Shown: positions 1 to 11,231 of the stretch, piece by piece
How the letters are laid out: each line of letters starts with the position of its first letter
Position numbering within the stretch: position 1 is the first letter of the stretch
From: an uncultured Pelagibacteraceae bacterium
GTDB taxonomy: Bacteria; Pseudomonadota; Alphaproteobacteria; Pelagibacterales; Pelagibacteraceae
Direction of reading: 5' to 3'
Length of the DNA stretch: 64,000 nucleotides
Assembly: GCA_902635515.1 (NCBI GenBank)
Contig: CACPOD010000003.1
Location: 33,669 to 97,668, forward strand
Made by a program: the position numbers and the translations under genes
The notes under the pieces: generated by a model
Told to the model about the DNA's origin: nothing
The model's input: only the letters and a program-made list of their open reading frames with translations
The model's database searches: none

Positions 1-419
1 TTTTTTTTATACCCATGTCTATCAAAAACTAGAATGTTACATTTTTGTGAAATTAATTTAGATTTATGCCATTTATGAAAATTAATAAGGTTGTCGGCAC
101 CCATTAAAAAATAAATTTCAATGTTTTTATCTTTTTTTAAATGATTGATTAAATTTATAGTTTTATTTGATTTAATAATTTTTTCATAAAATTTAACCTT
201 AATAAATGAATTTGTACTAATTATTTTTTTACAATATTTAATTCTGTCAGCAACAGATGTCTTGCTCTCTGTTTTAAATGGATTTTTTTTTGTAATTGCC
301 CAAATAATTTTTTTGAGTTTAAATCTTTTTTTTGCTTCCTTAGAAATTGCTAAATGTCCTTTGTGAGCAGGATCAAACGATCCACCCAATACACCAATTT
401 TTATTTTTGTGTTATTCAA
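1..419 (-). CDS. nadD: Nicotinate-nucleotide adenylyltransferase (partial, runs off the window start)
   Basis: Manual translation from TTG at 419: MNNTKIKIGVLGGSFDPAHKGHL (GGSFDPxHxGH motif), later FLMGADN; follows proA as in the usual obg-proB-proA-nadD order. Confidence 0.93.
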   Translation of the reverse strand, partial: MNNTKIKIGVLGGSFDPAHKGHLAISKEAKKRFKLKKIIWAITKKNPFKTESKTSVADRIKYCKKIISTNSFIKVKFYEKIIKSNKTINLINHLKKDKNIEIYFLMGADNLINFHKWHKSKLISQKCNILVFDRHGYKK

Positions 420-420
420 T

Positions 421-1671
421 TTAATTTCTTATTTTACCATTACTAGTAATTTCATATTTATATGAAATCAATTGATTTAAACCCACAGGACCTCTCGGTG
501 GTAGTGTATTGGTAGAAATACCAACTTCTCCACCAAATCCAAATTCACCACCATCAGCAAATTGAGTTGAGGTATTATGCATTGCAATTGAGCTTTTAAC
601 ATTTTTTAAGAAATATTTTGCTGTTTTTTTATTTTTTGTAATGATGGAGTCAGTGTGCATAGTTCCGTATTTATTAATATGCTTAATTGCCTCTTCAGAA
701 TTTTTAACAATTTTAACAGATATTATTGATGCTAAATATTCAGTTGACCAATCTTTTTCTTTTGCAGGATATACTTTGCCTTTATAATAACTCTTCAAAA
801 TCTTATCGCCAATTATTTTACAACCACTATTTTCAAGTGCCTGCAAAATAGGATTACTAAATTTTTTGACTATATTTTTATGAATAAGAATAGTTTCAGT
901 CGCGCCACAAATACTTGTATTTCTTAATTTAGCGTTATAGACAACTTCTTTAGCCATTTTTAATTCTGCATCTTTATCTATATAAGTATGACAAAGCCCC
1001 TCTAAGTGGCCAATTATAGGTACTTTGGATAATTCTAAAACTTTTTTAACTAAATTTTTTCCACCACGAGGTATGATGACATCGATATATTTTTTCATTT
1101 TAGAAAGCATAATATCCACAAGCCTTCTTTGTTTTGAATCGATAAATTGTATAAAGTTTTCATCAACTTTATTTTTTTTAAGTGCTTTTCTAAACAACTT
1201 AGCTAAAGCTTTATTTGAATTTATGGCCTCAGAGCCTCCTTTCAAAATCACTACATTTCCAGATTTAAAACAAAGACTAGCAACATCTGAAGTTACATTT
1301 GGTCTACTTTCATAAATAACACCAATAACTCCAATTGGTATTGAAACTCTTTTAATATTCAAACCATTTGGTCTTTTCCATTTTTCTAAAGTGCTATCTA
1401 TAGGGTCCCTTAATTTAGCTATTTTTAAAATAGAATTTATAATTCCATCTAATTTATTTTCATTTAAATGAAGTCTTTTGATTAAGTTTTCTTTTAAACC
1501 TTTTTTTCTTGCGTAATTAATATCTTTTGAATTTTGATTAATAATAAATTTTTTTTCATTCTTAATTAATTTCGCGTAATCATTTAAGACTTTATTTTTT
1601 ACTTCAGTTGTAACTTTATACTCACTAGCTTTTCGAGCTTTTATTCCAATTAAATTCATATATTTAATCAT
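421..1671 (-). CDS. proA: Gamma-glutamyl phosphate reductase
   Basis: IYESRPNVT, ICGATET catalytic Cys, STQFADGGEFGFGGEVGIST..RGPVGL. Confidence 0.97.
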   Translation of the reverse strand: MIKYMNLIGIKARKASEYKVTTEVKNKVLNDYAKLIKNEKKFIINQNSKDINYARKKGLKENLIKRLHLNENKLDGIINSILKIAKLRDPIDSTLEKWKRPNGLNIKRVSIPIGVIGVIYESRPNVTSDVASLCFKSGNVVILKGGSEAINSNKALAKLFRKALKKNKVDENFIQFIDSKQRRLVDIMLSKMKKYIDVIIPRGGKNLVKKVLELSKVPIIGHLEGLCHTYIDKDAELKMAKEVVYNAKLRNTSICGATETILIHKNIVKKFSNPILQALENSGCKIIGDKILKSYYKGKVYPAKEKDWSTEYLASIISVKIVKNSEEAIKHINKYGTMHTDSIITKNKKTAKYFLKNVKSSIAMHNTSTQFADGGEFGFGGEVGISTNTLPPRGPVGLNQLISYKYEITSNGKIRN

Positions 1672-3766
<2,095 letters not shown>

Positions 3767-3782
3767 TTAATTGGTTGTACTA

Positions 3783-4037
3783 TTAATTGGGCTTTACAGA
3801 AACGAAAGTTCTATCTGATTTAGATTTTTTGAAAACAACTTTCCCTTTAACAACTGAAAATATTGAATGATCTTTACCCATACCAACATTTTCACCTGGA
3901 AAAATCTTAGTTCCTCTTTGTCTAACAATTATGTTTCCAGGAATTACTGTTTCACCACCATACTTTTTTACACCAAGTCTTCTACCGGCACTATCTCGTC
4001 CGTTTCGTGATGATCCACCTGCTTTTTTTGTTGCCAT
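3783..4037 (-). CDS. rpmA: 50S ribosomal protein L27
   Basis: [16 protein letters not shown]...[10 protein letters not shown]. Confidence 0.98.
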   Translation of the reverse strand: MATKKAGGSSRNGRDSAGRRLGVKKYGGETVIPGNIIVRQRGTKIFPGENVGMGKDHSIFSVVKGKVVFKKSKSDRTFVSVKPN

Positions 4038-4051
4038 AATTTACCTAATAA

Positions 4052-4450
4052 CTATTTGCTTACTGCTTCCTTAACTTCTTCTTTTTTTGAAGTTTTGGAA
4101 ATTTTTTCAGCTTCTGATAACACTTTACCATCTTTTGAAAAAATTTTGTTAATTCTTATCATAGAATATTGTTGTCTATGCCCATTTTTTCTTCTTGAAT
4201 TTTGTCTTCTTCTTTTTTTAAAAATTAAAATAGTTCTATTTTTACTATTTTTAATTAAATCAGCCTCTACTTTTGCGCCCTCAACATTTGGAGTTCCAAT
4301 TTCAATTGATTTATCATCACCGTATGCCAAGATTTCATTAAACTCTATTTTAGTCTCAGGCTTAGAGTCTGGTAGTTTTTCAATCTTTAGAATTTCTCCA
4401 GATTTTACTCTATACTGTTTTCCACCTGTTTTTATTACTGCGTATGACAT
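4052..4450 (-). CDS. rplU: 50S ribosomal protein L21 (true start probably ATG 4450, not the ORF-track 4504)
   Basis: MSYAVIKTGGKQYRV, GHRQ motif; upstream of rpmA. Confidence 0.96.
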   Translation of the reverse strand: MSYAVIKTGGKQYRVKSGEILKIEKLPDSKPETKIEFNEILAYGDDKSIEIGTPNVEGAKVEADLIKNSKNRTILIFKKRRRQNSRRKNGHRQQYSMIRINKIFSKDGKVLSEAEKISKTSKKEEVKEAVSK

Positions 4451-4476
4451 AGTATGATTTAATTTAAAGTTACCGC

Positions 4477-4504
4477 AATATAGTTGTAGCCAGCCTTTAG
4501 TCAA
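4477..4504 (-). promoter_or_regulatory. sigma70-like promoter of rplU-rpmA
   Basis: Minus strand TTGACT-N16-TATATT about 27 nt upstream of the rplU ATG. Confidence 0.55.
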
Positions 4505-4514
4505 GCCGAATTAA

Positions 4515-5234
4515 TTAGAAATTATCCTTAAAATCTCTTAATTTTGAAAAGGTTTTAACATCTTTTGCTCTTAAAAATATATTACACTCCAATTCCTCTT
4601 TTAAAGTTGAGGGTATCGTAGGAATTCCATTTTCTCTTAATTTTTCTATTTTTTCTATTTTTTTTTGTAAATCTTTGTTTTCGGAATCATATTTTTTGCA
4701 AAATTTTGCATTGTTAAGAGTGTATTCATGACCACAATAAATTTTTGTGTCTTTTGGTAATAATTTAATTTTGTTTAAAGATTCAAACATTTCCTCATAA
4801 GAACCTTCGAATATTCTTCCACAACCAAGTGAGAAAAGTGTATCTCCGGTAAAAACTATTTTTTCTTTAAAAAAATTAAAACAAATATGGCCTGAAGTAT
4901 GTCCAGGTATATGCATAATTTTAGCTTCAAAGTTTTCGGCTTTCCATATTTGATTATCTTCTAACAATATGTCTATCTCTGGTATTCTTTTCGAGTCTCC
5001 TTTAAAACCCACAACAACTGATCCATATTTTTTTTTTAATTCTTGATTTCCTCCAATATGATCATGGTGATGATGAGTATTAAGAATGTATTTTAATTTT
5101 ATATTTTTATTCTTTAGGAAATTTATTATTGGCTCAGCCTCACTGGGATCTACAATACACGCAGAATTGTTACTTTCGTCTACTATTAAATAGCTATAGT
5201 TGTCTTGAAGACAAGGTATAATTTCAATACGCAT
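4515..5234 (-). CDS. gloB: Hydroxyacylglutathione hydrolase (glyoxalase II)
   Basis: THHHHDHIGG, PGHTSGH, FTGDTLF, CGHEYT. Confidence 0.95.
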   Translation of the reverse strand: MRIEIIPCLQDNYSYLIVDESNNSACIVDPSEAEPIINFLKNKNIKLKYILNTHHHHDHIGGNQELKKKYGSVVVGFKGDSKRIPEIDILLEDNQIWKAENFEAKIMHIPGHTSGHICFNFFKEKIVFTGDTLFSLGCGRIFEGSYEEMFESLNKIKLLPKDTKIYCGHEYTLNNAKFCKKYDSENKDLQKKIEKIEKLRENGIPTIPSTLKEELECNIFLRAKDVKTFSKLRDFKDNF

Positions 5235-5235
5235 T

Positions 5236-5832
5236 TTATTTTTCTATCAAAAATATACCAAGATCTGCAAACAAATTTTTAACGCCTAAATTACTCTCAT
5301 TTATTGTTGATTTATTAAGATTGTTTAAAGCGAGTGATTTAAAAATCTTTATATCTTTTGATTTTACAAAATGAAAAAAATCTTTGATTGTGCACATGTG
5401 TAAATTCGGAGTGTTATACCATTCATCTGGTAATGTTTTTGTAATCGGCATTGTACCTTTAAATAATAAATGAAATCTTACTTTCCAATATCCAAAATTA
5501 GGAATTGTAACTATTGCTTTTTTTCCAACTCTTAAAAGTTCATCTAAAACCAATTCAGGATTAAGAAAAGCTTGAAGGGTTTGACTTAAAATAACATAAT
5601 CAAATGATTTGTCTGGAAATTGTTTTAAATCTTTTTCAGCATTTCCTTCAATTACAGTTAAACCTTTTGCAATACATTCTTGCACTCTTTCTTTTGAAAT
5701 TTCTAATCCTCTTATATTTATGTTTTTATTATCCTTTAAAAATTTCATTAAAGTTCCATCAGCACAACCTACATCTAAGACTTTCTTATCTTTTTCTATT
5801 AAATCTGCTATTACCTGAAATTCATTTTTCAT
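5236..5832 (-). CDS. metW: Methionine biosynthesis protein MetW
   Basis: VLDVGCADG SAM motif, SQTLQA, WYNTPNLH; directly after metX. Confidence 0.95.
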   Translation of the reverse strand: MKNEFQVIADLIEKDKKVLDVGCADGTLMKFLKDNKNINIRGLEISKERVQECIAKGLTVIEGNAEKDLKQFPDKSFDYVILSQTLQAFLNPELVLDELLRVGKKAIVTIPNFGYWKVRFHLLFKGTMPITKTLPDEWYNTPNLHMCTIKDFFHFVKSKDIKIFKSLALNNLNKSTINESNLGVKNLFADLGIFLIEK

Positions 5833-5834
5833 AA

Positions 5835-6950
5835 TTAATTTTCTTCGTAAGATTTATCTAAAAAGTTTTTAAGTGCACTCAAGAAATCAGGAACGTCTAG
5901 TAAAAAGGAGTCGTGACCTTTATCTGACTCAATTTCTACAAATCCAACATCGGCTCCTATTGAGTTTAAAGCAATCACAATATCTTTGTTTTCTTGGGTT
6001 GGATAAAGCCAATCTGAAGTAAATGAAATTATAAAAAATTTCGCGTTTGTATTTTTAAATGCTTCTGAAAGATTACCATTGAATTGTTTTGCTAAATCAA
6101 AATAATCCATAGCTCTAGTGATATAAAGATAACTATTTGCATCGAATCTATCTACGAAAACTGAACCCTGATATCTCAAATAACTTTCTATTTGAAAATC
6201 AGCATCAAATCCAAATTTAAGATCTTCTCTTTCTTGTAACTTTCTTCCAAATTTTTCCTGCAAACCTTTTTTAGATAAATATGTAATATGAGCTGCCATT
6301 CTAGCTACTGCCAATCCTTTTCCGGGATTAGTTTCGTTTGATGTATAATTCCCATCTTTCCAGTTACTATCAGCTGTAATAGCTTGTCTACCTAGCTCGT
6401 TAAAAGCGATATTTTGTGCTGAATGACTAGATGTGGTTGCTATCGGTATCACTGTTTTAGATTTATCAGGAAAGTTACTAATAAACTGAAGGACTTGCAT
6501 ACCTCCCATTGAACCACCAGTTATAGAAAATAGTTTATCAATACCAAAATGATCAAGTAAATTATATTGAGCATTCACCATATCATTAATTGTAATTACT
6601 GGAAAATTTGTTCCAAAAATTTTTTGATCAGGATCTTTATGACTTGGTCCGTATGATCCCATACATCCACCAATTACGTTAGAGCATATAACAAAATATT
6701 TATTTGTATCGATAGCTTTATCAGGACCTACTGCATAACTCCACCAACCCTCTTTGTTAGTTGCAGGGTTTATTCCGGTTACATATTGATCTCCTGTTAG
6801 AGCATGAAAAACTAATATTGCATTATCTTTTTTTGAATTAAGTGAACCGTAAGTTTCATAGGCTATTGGAAAATCTTTTATGGTCTTTCCACAGTCTAAT
6901 TTTAGTGGTTTCTTTACAATTAAAGTTTTTATGTTTTTCTCAGTATTCAT
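5835..6950 (-). CDS. metX: Homoserine O-acetyltransferase
   Basis: HALTGD, GGSMGGMQ nucleophile elbow, RFDANSY, GHDSFL. Confidence 0.96.
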   Translation of the reverse strand: MNTEKNIKTLIVKKPLKLDCGKTIKDFPIAYETYGSLNSKKDNAILVFHALTGDQYVTGINPATNKEGWWSYAVGPDKAIDTNKYFVICSNVIGGCMGSYGPSHKDPDQKIFGTNFPVITINDMVNAQYNLLDHFGIDKLFSITGGSMGGMQVLQFISNFPDKSKTVIPIATTSSHSAQNIAFNELGRQAITADSNWKDGNYTSNETNPGKGLAVARMAAHITYLSKKGLQEKFGRKLQEREDLKFGFDADFQIESYLRYQGSVFVDRFDANSYLYITRAMDYFDLAKQFNGNLSEAFKNTNAKFFIISFTSDWLYPTQENKDIVIALNSIGADVGFVEIESDKGHDSFLLDVPDFLSALKNFLDKSYEEN

Positions 6951-6984
6951 AGTTTTTGACTGTTTCGAATTGTGAGAAAAAAAA

Positions 6985-7033
6985 CTATTTTAGCGGTTTT
7001 TTTTAAGCGCTCGCAATTCAGTTAAATCAGCGC
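6985..7033 (-). ncRNA. SAM-II riboswitch upstream of metX
   Basis: Minus strand GCGCUGAUUUAACUGAAUUGCGAGCGCUUAAAAAAAACCGCUAAAAUAG: GCGC/GCGC P1, conserved GAUUUAAC loop, UUGC and GCUAAA pseudoknot partner; correct position upstream of metX. Confidence 0.9.
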
Positions 7034-7141
7034 ATAATTTTTTTACTAGAACTTATTTATTATGTCAATTTTTTAAAAAATCCTCTTATTCTCTATAAAA
7101 TTTTGTAATTTTATCTATAAAGAGCACATAAATTAAAAAAA

Positions 7142-8227
7142 ATGACAACTCCGAATTTCAAAAAATTTGATATTGAGGCTTATAAGCCTGGTAAATCAAA
7201 AGTTAAGAAACTTAAGAACGTAATTAAGCTTTCTGCTAATGAATCTGCTTTAGGTATGAGTCCTAAAGCAAAGAAAATAATATCAAAAAAAAATTTAAAT
7301 TTAGATAAATATCCAGATGGAAAATCTCAAAATTTAAGAAAAGCAATATCTAAAGCTTATAAATGTAATTCTGAGAAAATTATTTGTGGAGCTGGTTCAG
7401 ATGAAGTTATTCAAATGCTCTGCCAGTTGTTTTTAAATCCGAAAGATGAGGTTGTGGTACCAGAGTACAGTTTTTTAATGTACAGAATTTACTCAAAAAT
7501 TGTAGGTGCAAAAGTTGTATTTGCAAAAGAAATTAACTTTAAAGTTTCAGTAAATGAAATTTTAAAAAAAATAACAAAAAAAACTAAAATTGTGTTTATA
7601 GCTAACCCAAACAATCCTACAGGAACTTACTTAACGAAAAAAGAAGTTTTAGAATTAAGAAAAAGATTAAATAAAAAAATTTTACTAGTCATTGATGATG
7701 CTTATGCAGAATATATGAAAAACAAAAATTATTCATCTGGGTTAGATTTGTTTAAAAATAAAGACAATGTTTTCATACTTAGAACTTTTTCAAAAATGTT
7801 TGGATTAGCTTCTCTCAGAGTAGGTTGGGGATATGGATCAAAAAAAATAGTTAATGCGCTAAATGTTATAAAACCACCATTTAATGTAAATGGTATTGCT
7901 CAATTAGCTGCCATTGAGTCACTGAAGGATAAAGCTTTCATAACCAAATCGATTAGACATAATTTATTATATTCTGCAAAAATTAAGAAATTTCTTGAGA
8001 CATATAATATTTTTACAAATTTAGTTTCAGCAAATTTTTTGTTACTTAATTTTGAAAAATGCAGATATTCAGCAAAATTTCTATATGAAAAACTTAAAAA
8101 TAAGGGAATTATTTTAAGATCAACAGAAGATGGTTATCATATAAAGAATAAATTAAGATTAACTATTGGATCTAAAAAAGAAAACTTAAAATTTATGAGT
8201 GTTATCAAGCAAGTATTGAAAAAATGA
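7142..8227 (+). CDS. hisC: Histidinol-phosphate aminotransferase
   Basis: KLSANE, GAGSDE, NPNNPTG, RTFSKMFGLASLRVG PLP-Lys motif. Confidence 0.95.
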   Translation: MTTPNFKKFDIEAYKPGKSKVKKLKNVIKLSANESALGMSPKAKKIISKKNLNLDKYPDGKSQNLRKAISKAYKCNSEKIICGAGSDEVIQMLCQLFLNPKDEVVVPEYSFLMYRIYSKIVGAKVVFAKEINFKVSVNEILKKITKKTKIVFIANPNNPTGTYLTKKEVLELRKRLNKKILLVIDDAYAEYMKNKNYSSGLDLFKNKDNVFILRTFSKMFGLASLRVGWGYGSKKIVNALNVIKPPFNVNGIAQLAAIESLKDKAFITKSIRHNLLYSAKIKKFLETYNIFTNLVSANFLLLNFEKCRYSAKFLYEKLKNKGIILRSTEDGYHIKNKLRLTIGSKKENLKFMSVIKQVLKK

Positions 8228-9120
8228 AAAATATTTTAATTATTGGCTGTGGATTATTAGGTTCATCTTTATTAAGGAGTATTAGTAAAAAAAAAATAGC
8301 AAAAAAAATTTTTATTTACGAAAAATCAAAATCTAATATTGCTAAGATAAAAAGACTAAAATTACCTGGAACAATTGTTAAATCATTAAAAGAAGGTGCA
8401 AGTAATTCTGATTTAATCATCTTTTGTACACCAATGAGTGAATACAAAAATATTATTTTAAAAATCAATAAATTTATACCATCAAAAACATTGATTACGG
8501 ATATTGGATCTTCAAAAACTGAAACTTCTAAAATTATAAATAAATTTTTGAAGAAAGGTATTCATTGGATTCAAAGTCACCCGATAGCTGGATCAGAGGT
8601 CAGTGGACCAGAGCATGGTAAAGAAAATATGTTTACTGATAGATGGTGTATAATAATTAAAGAAAAAAAATTTAAAAAAAATAATATAAATATTCTAACT
8701 AAGTTTTGGAAAAAAATTGGAGCAAAAGTAGTTGTTATGAGTGCTGAAAAACATGACAAAATTTTTTCTATTACTAGTCATTTACCACACTTAATTGCAT
8801 ATAATCTGGTGAAATCTGCACAAGATTTTGAGAAAAAACAAAATTATGAGCTAATCAAATATAGCGCAGGTGGATTACGAGATTTTTCTAGGATTGCAGC
8901 ATCAAATGAAATCATGTGGAGAGATATTTTTTTTAACAATAAAAATAATATTTCAAAAGCGATTGATTTATTTATTAAAAATTTAAATCAATTTAAAAAA
9001 GATATTAATTCAAAAAATAATAAGTCTATTGTAAAGAAACTTGTTCAGACTAAAAAAGTAAGGTCAAAAATCATCAAATTGAAACAAGATATTGATAAAC
9101 CTGACTTTGGAAGAAATTAA
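8224..9120 (+). CDS. tyrA: Prephenate/arogenate (cyclohexadienyl) dehydrogenase
   Basis: IIGCGLLGSS, DIGSSK, HPIAGSE, SHLPH, GGLRDFSRIA; overlaps hisC stop. Confidence 0.92.
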   Translation: MKNILIIGCGLLGSSLLRSISKKKIAKKIFIYEKSKSNIAKIKRLKLPGTIVKSLKEGASNSDLIIFCTPMSEYKNIILKINKFIPSKTLITDIGSSKTETSKIINKFLKKGIHWIQSHPIAGSEVSGPEHGKENMFTDRWCIIIKEKKFKKNNINILTKFWKKIGAKVVVMSAEKHDKIFSITSHLPHLIAYNLVKSAQDFEKKQNYELIKYSAGGLRDFSRIAASNEIMWRDIFFNNKNNISKAIDLFIKNLNQFKKDINSKNNKSIVKKLVQTKKVRSKIIKLKQDIDKPDFGRN

Positions 9121-9866
9121 TATTTAATTCTAGATACTTTTTTTACCTTTAGTTTGGCAGTTTTTTCAATTCTATTAATTGTTTCTATAATTGGCATAAT
9201 AATTACTTTTTTTTCTGGACCATAAGCATGAATTAGTTGTTTAGAATTTAAACACATAGCAACATGACCTTTCCAAAAAATAATATCTCCTTTTTTAAAT
9301 AATTTTTTATTTGAATTCTTTTTTGTATATTTGATCTGATCTTTCGTATCTCTTGGATAAAATGAATTATTATAAAAATAAAATATTTGCAATAAGGCTG
9401 AACAATCAATACCTTTAAATGTTTTTCCACCCCAAACATATTTAACATCGAAAAATTTTTTAAATATTTTTGTAAAATTATTTTCTTTATGGTTTATTTT
9501 TTTAATATCTGCTTTTTTAATCCATTTATTATTTTCAATTTTTACGTAATTCTTATTTTGCTCAATTACAGATAATTTGGATGCAAATGGAAGCCAACTG
9601 CTAGTTCCAATTCTAGGTTTTTTATAAATCTTTGCTTTTAGTGAACTGACTTTATAATTGGGGCTAAATTTTTTTATATATTTTGAATTTTTTATAAACC
9701 CTTTATAATTATCAAATAAAGTTTTAATTTTTATCCAATTTTTATTTTTTGCTAATATTTTGAATTTTTCACCATATATAATTTGTGAAGTTACCTCAGA
9801 TCTTTTCGAAGGATTTTTGTAAACATTCGAAAAATTACCTATGAAATAAAAATTATTTTGCACCAA
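9117..9866 (-). CDS. NlpC/P60 (C40) peptidase with N-terminal SH3b-like domains, YkfC-like
   Basis: YVWGG..GIDCSA, GHVA, IHAY give the Cys-His-His triad; no signal peptide evident. Confidence 0.85.
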   Translation of the reverse strand: MVQNNFYFIGNFSNVYKNPSKRSEVTSQIIYGEKFKILAKNKNWIKIKTLFDNYKGFIKNSKYIKKFSPNYKVSSLKAKIYKKPRIGTSSWLPFASKLSVIEQNKNYVKIENNKWIKKADIKKINHKENNFTKIFKKFFDVKYVWGGKTFKGIDCSALLQIFYFYNNSFYPRDTKDQIKYTKKNSNKKLFKKGDIIFWKGHVAMCLNSKQLIHAYGPEKKVIIMPIIETINRIEKTAKLKVKKVSRIKY

Positions 9867-11229
9867 TTTTAATTTTGTTTTTAATTAACCACAAACAAAT
9901 TAATGATGGTATTACCATTATAGTCGTTAAAACAAAAAATGTTCCCCAATCTCCGTTTAACCAGTCAACTAGAGCTCCTGAGGATGAAGCTAAAGTAGTA
10001 CGACCAGCAGTACCAATTGAAGCAAGCAATGCATATTGTGTAGCTGTATAAGTTCTATCAACTAGTAATGATATAAACGCAACAAATGCTACGGTTGCAA
10101 AAGCTGCTGTGATATCATCAGCTATAACCGCAATTGCAAATAAAATTTCTGATTTTCCAGTCCATGCTAAAACTGCAAATAAAAGATTGGTTAAAGCCAT
10201 TAACCCACCAGCAAAGAACATAGTTTTAATTGTTCCAGCTCTCATGGCCATTATTCCACCCAACAAAGTAAATACAACTGTTGTTATCCAGCCAAGTCCT
10301 TTTGAATAAATTGCAATTTGACCTTTCGAGAAACCAATTTCTTTATAAAAAACAATAGACATTCTTCCCATAAATGCCTCACCTATCTTAAACAAGAAAA
10401 CAAATCCTAAAATTCCAGCTGCAATGGCAAAACCATTTTTTCTAAAAAAACTAATAATAGGTCCGCCTATAGTTCCTGTAATATATGAGATAAAGTTTGT
10501 AAAAATATTACTAGATCCAAGTTTTTCCTCAATTAATTTGTCTGTTTCTCTCTGTTTTGCTTGTCTGTTTGTCTCTATAGGTTCATGAACAAACATTAAT
10601 CCAATATTCATTAAAATTATTAATATACCTAAAATTAAAAAAGTAGCTTGCCAGTAGTCAGCTACCCCTAGGTTTTCAAAAAATTCTGCTGTGAATAAAG
10701 CAACAACTCCACCTAATTTATAACCTGTCCACCAACCAACAACAGCCATAGCTGCACCAGCAGCCATTGATTTTCCTTCATTTTCATTTATCTGTTCAAT
10801 TCTTAGTGCATCTACAGTTATATCTTGGGTTGCTGACGCAATTGCAATAATTAAACCCACAGTAATTAATAAAGCCAAATTTTCAGTTGGATTAATCACA
10901 CTCCAAACAACAAGACTTAACAAAATAATTAATTGCATCAAAACTATCCATCCTCTTCTATGACCTAATTTTTTTGTTAGTATTGGAATTTGAATTCTAT
11001 CTATAATGGGAGCCCACAAATAATTGAACGCGTATACTCCAAAAATTAAACCTGCCCATCCAATTGTTGATCTACTAAGACCCTCTTCTTTAAGCCAAAG
11101 ACTTAAGCTGCTTGCAATTAATACCCATGGAAATCCACTTATTGCACCTAACAAAAGAATTCTTACCATTCGAATATCTTTATAAACTGCAAGAGAATCA
11201 AGCCATGTTTGTTTCGTTGTTTCAGACAT
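9853..11229 (-). CDS. ampG: AmpG-family muropeptide MFS permease (likely start ATG 11229)
   Basis: LLGAISGFP, WAPIID, GHRRGW, SATQDITVDA, ATQYALL. Confidence 0.9.
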   Translation of the reverse strand: MSETTKQTWLDSLAVYKDIRMVRILLLGAISGFPWVLIASSLSLWLKEEGLSRSTIGWAGLIFGVYAFNYLWAPIIDRIQIPILTKKLGHRRGWIVLMQLIILLSLVVWSVINPTENLALLITVGLIIAIASATQDITVDALRIEQINENEGKSMAAGAAMAVVGWWTGYKLGGVVALFTAEFFENLGVADYWQATFLILGILIILMNIGLMFVHEPIETNRQAKQRETDKLIEEKLGSSNIFTNFISYITGTIGGPIISFFRKNGFAIAAGILGFVFLFKIGEAFMGRMSIVFYKEIGFSKGQIAIYSKGLGWITTVVFTLLGGIMAMRAGTIKTMFFAGGLMALTNLLFAVLAWTGKSEILFAIAVIADDITAAFATVAFVAFISLLVDRTYTATQYALLASIGTAGRTTLASSSGALVDWLNGDWGTFFVLTTIMVIPSLICLWLIKNKIKIGAK

Positions 11230-11231
11230 AA

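Noticed and set aside
4451-4504. N-terminal extensions in the ORF track for rplU (also rpmB, regA, tsaE, ampG, GT9 and the J-domain gene)
   Set aside because: Upstream TTG/ATG starts fall in promoter regions or neighbouring genes; family-typical N-termini begin at the downstream ATG
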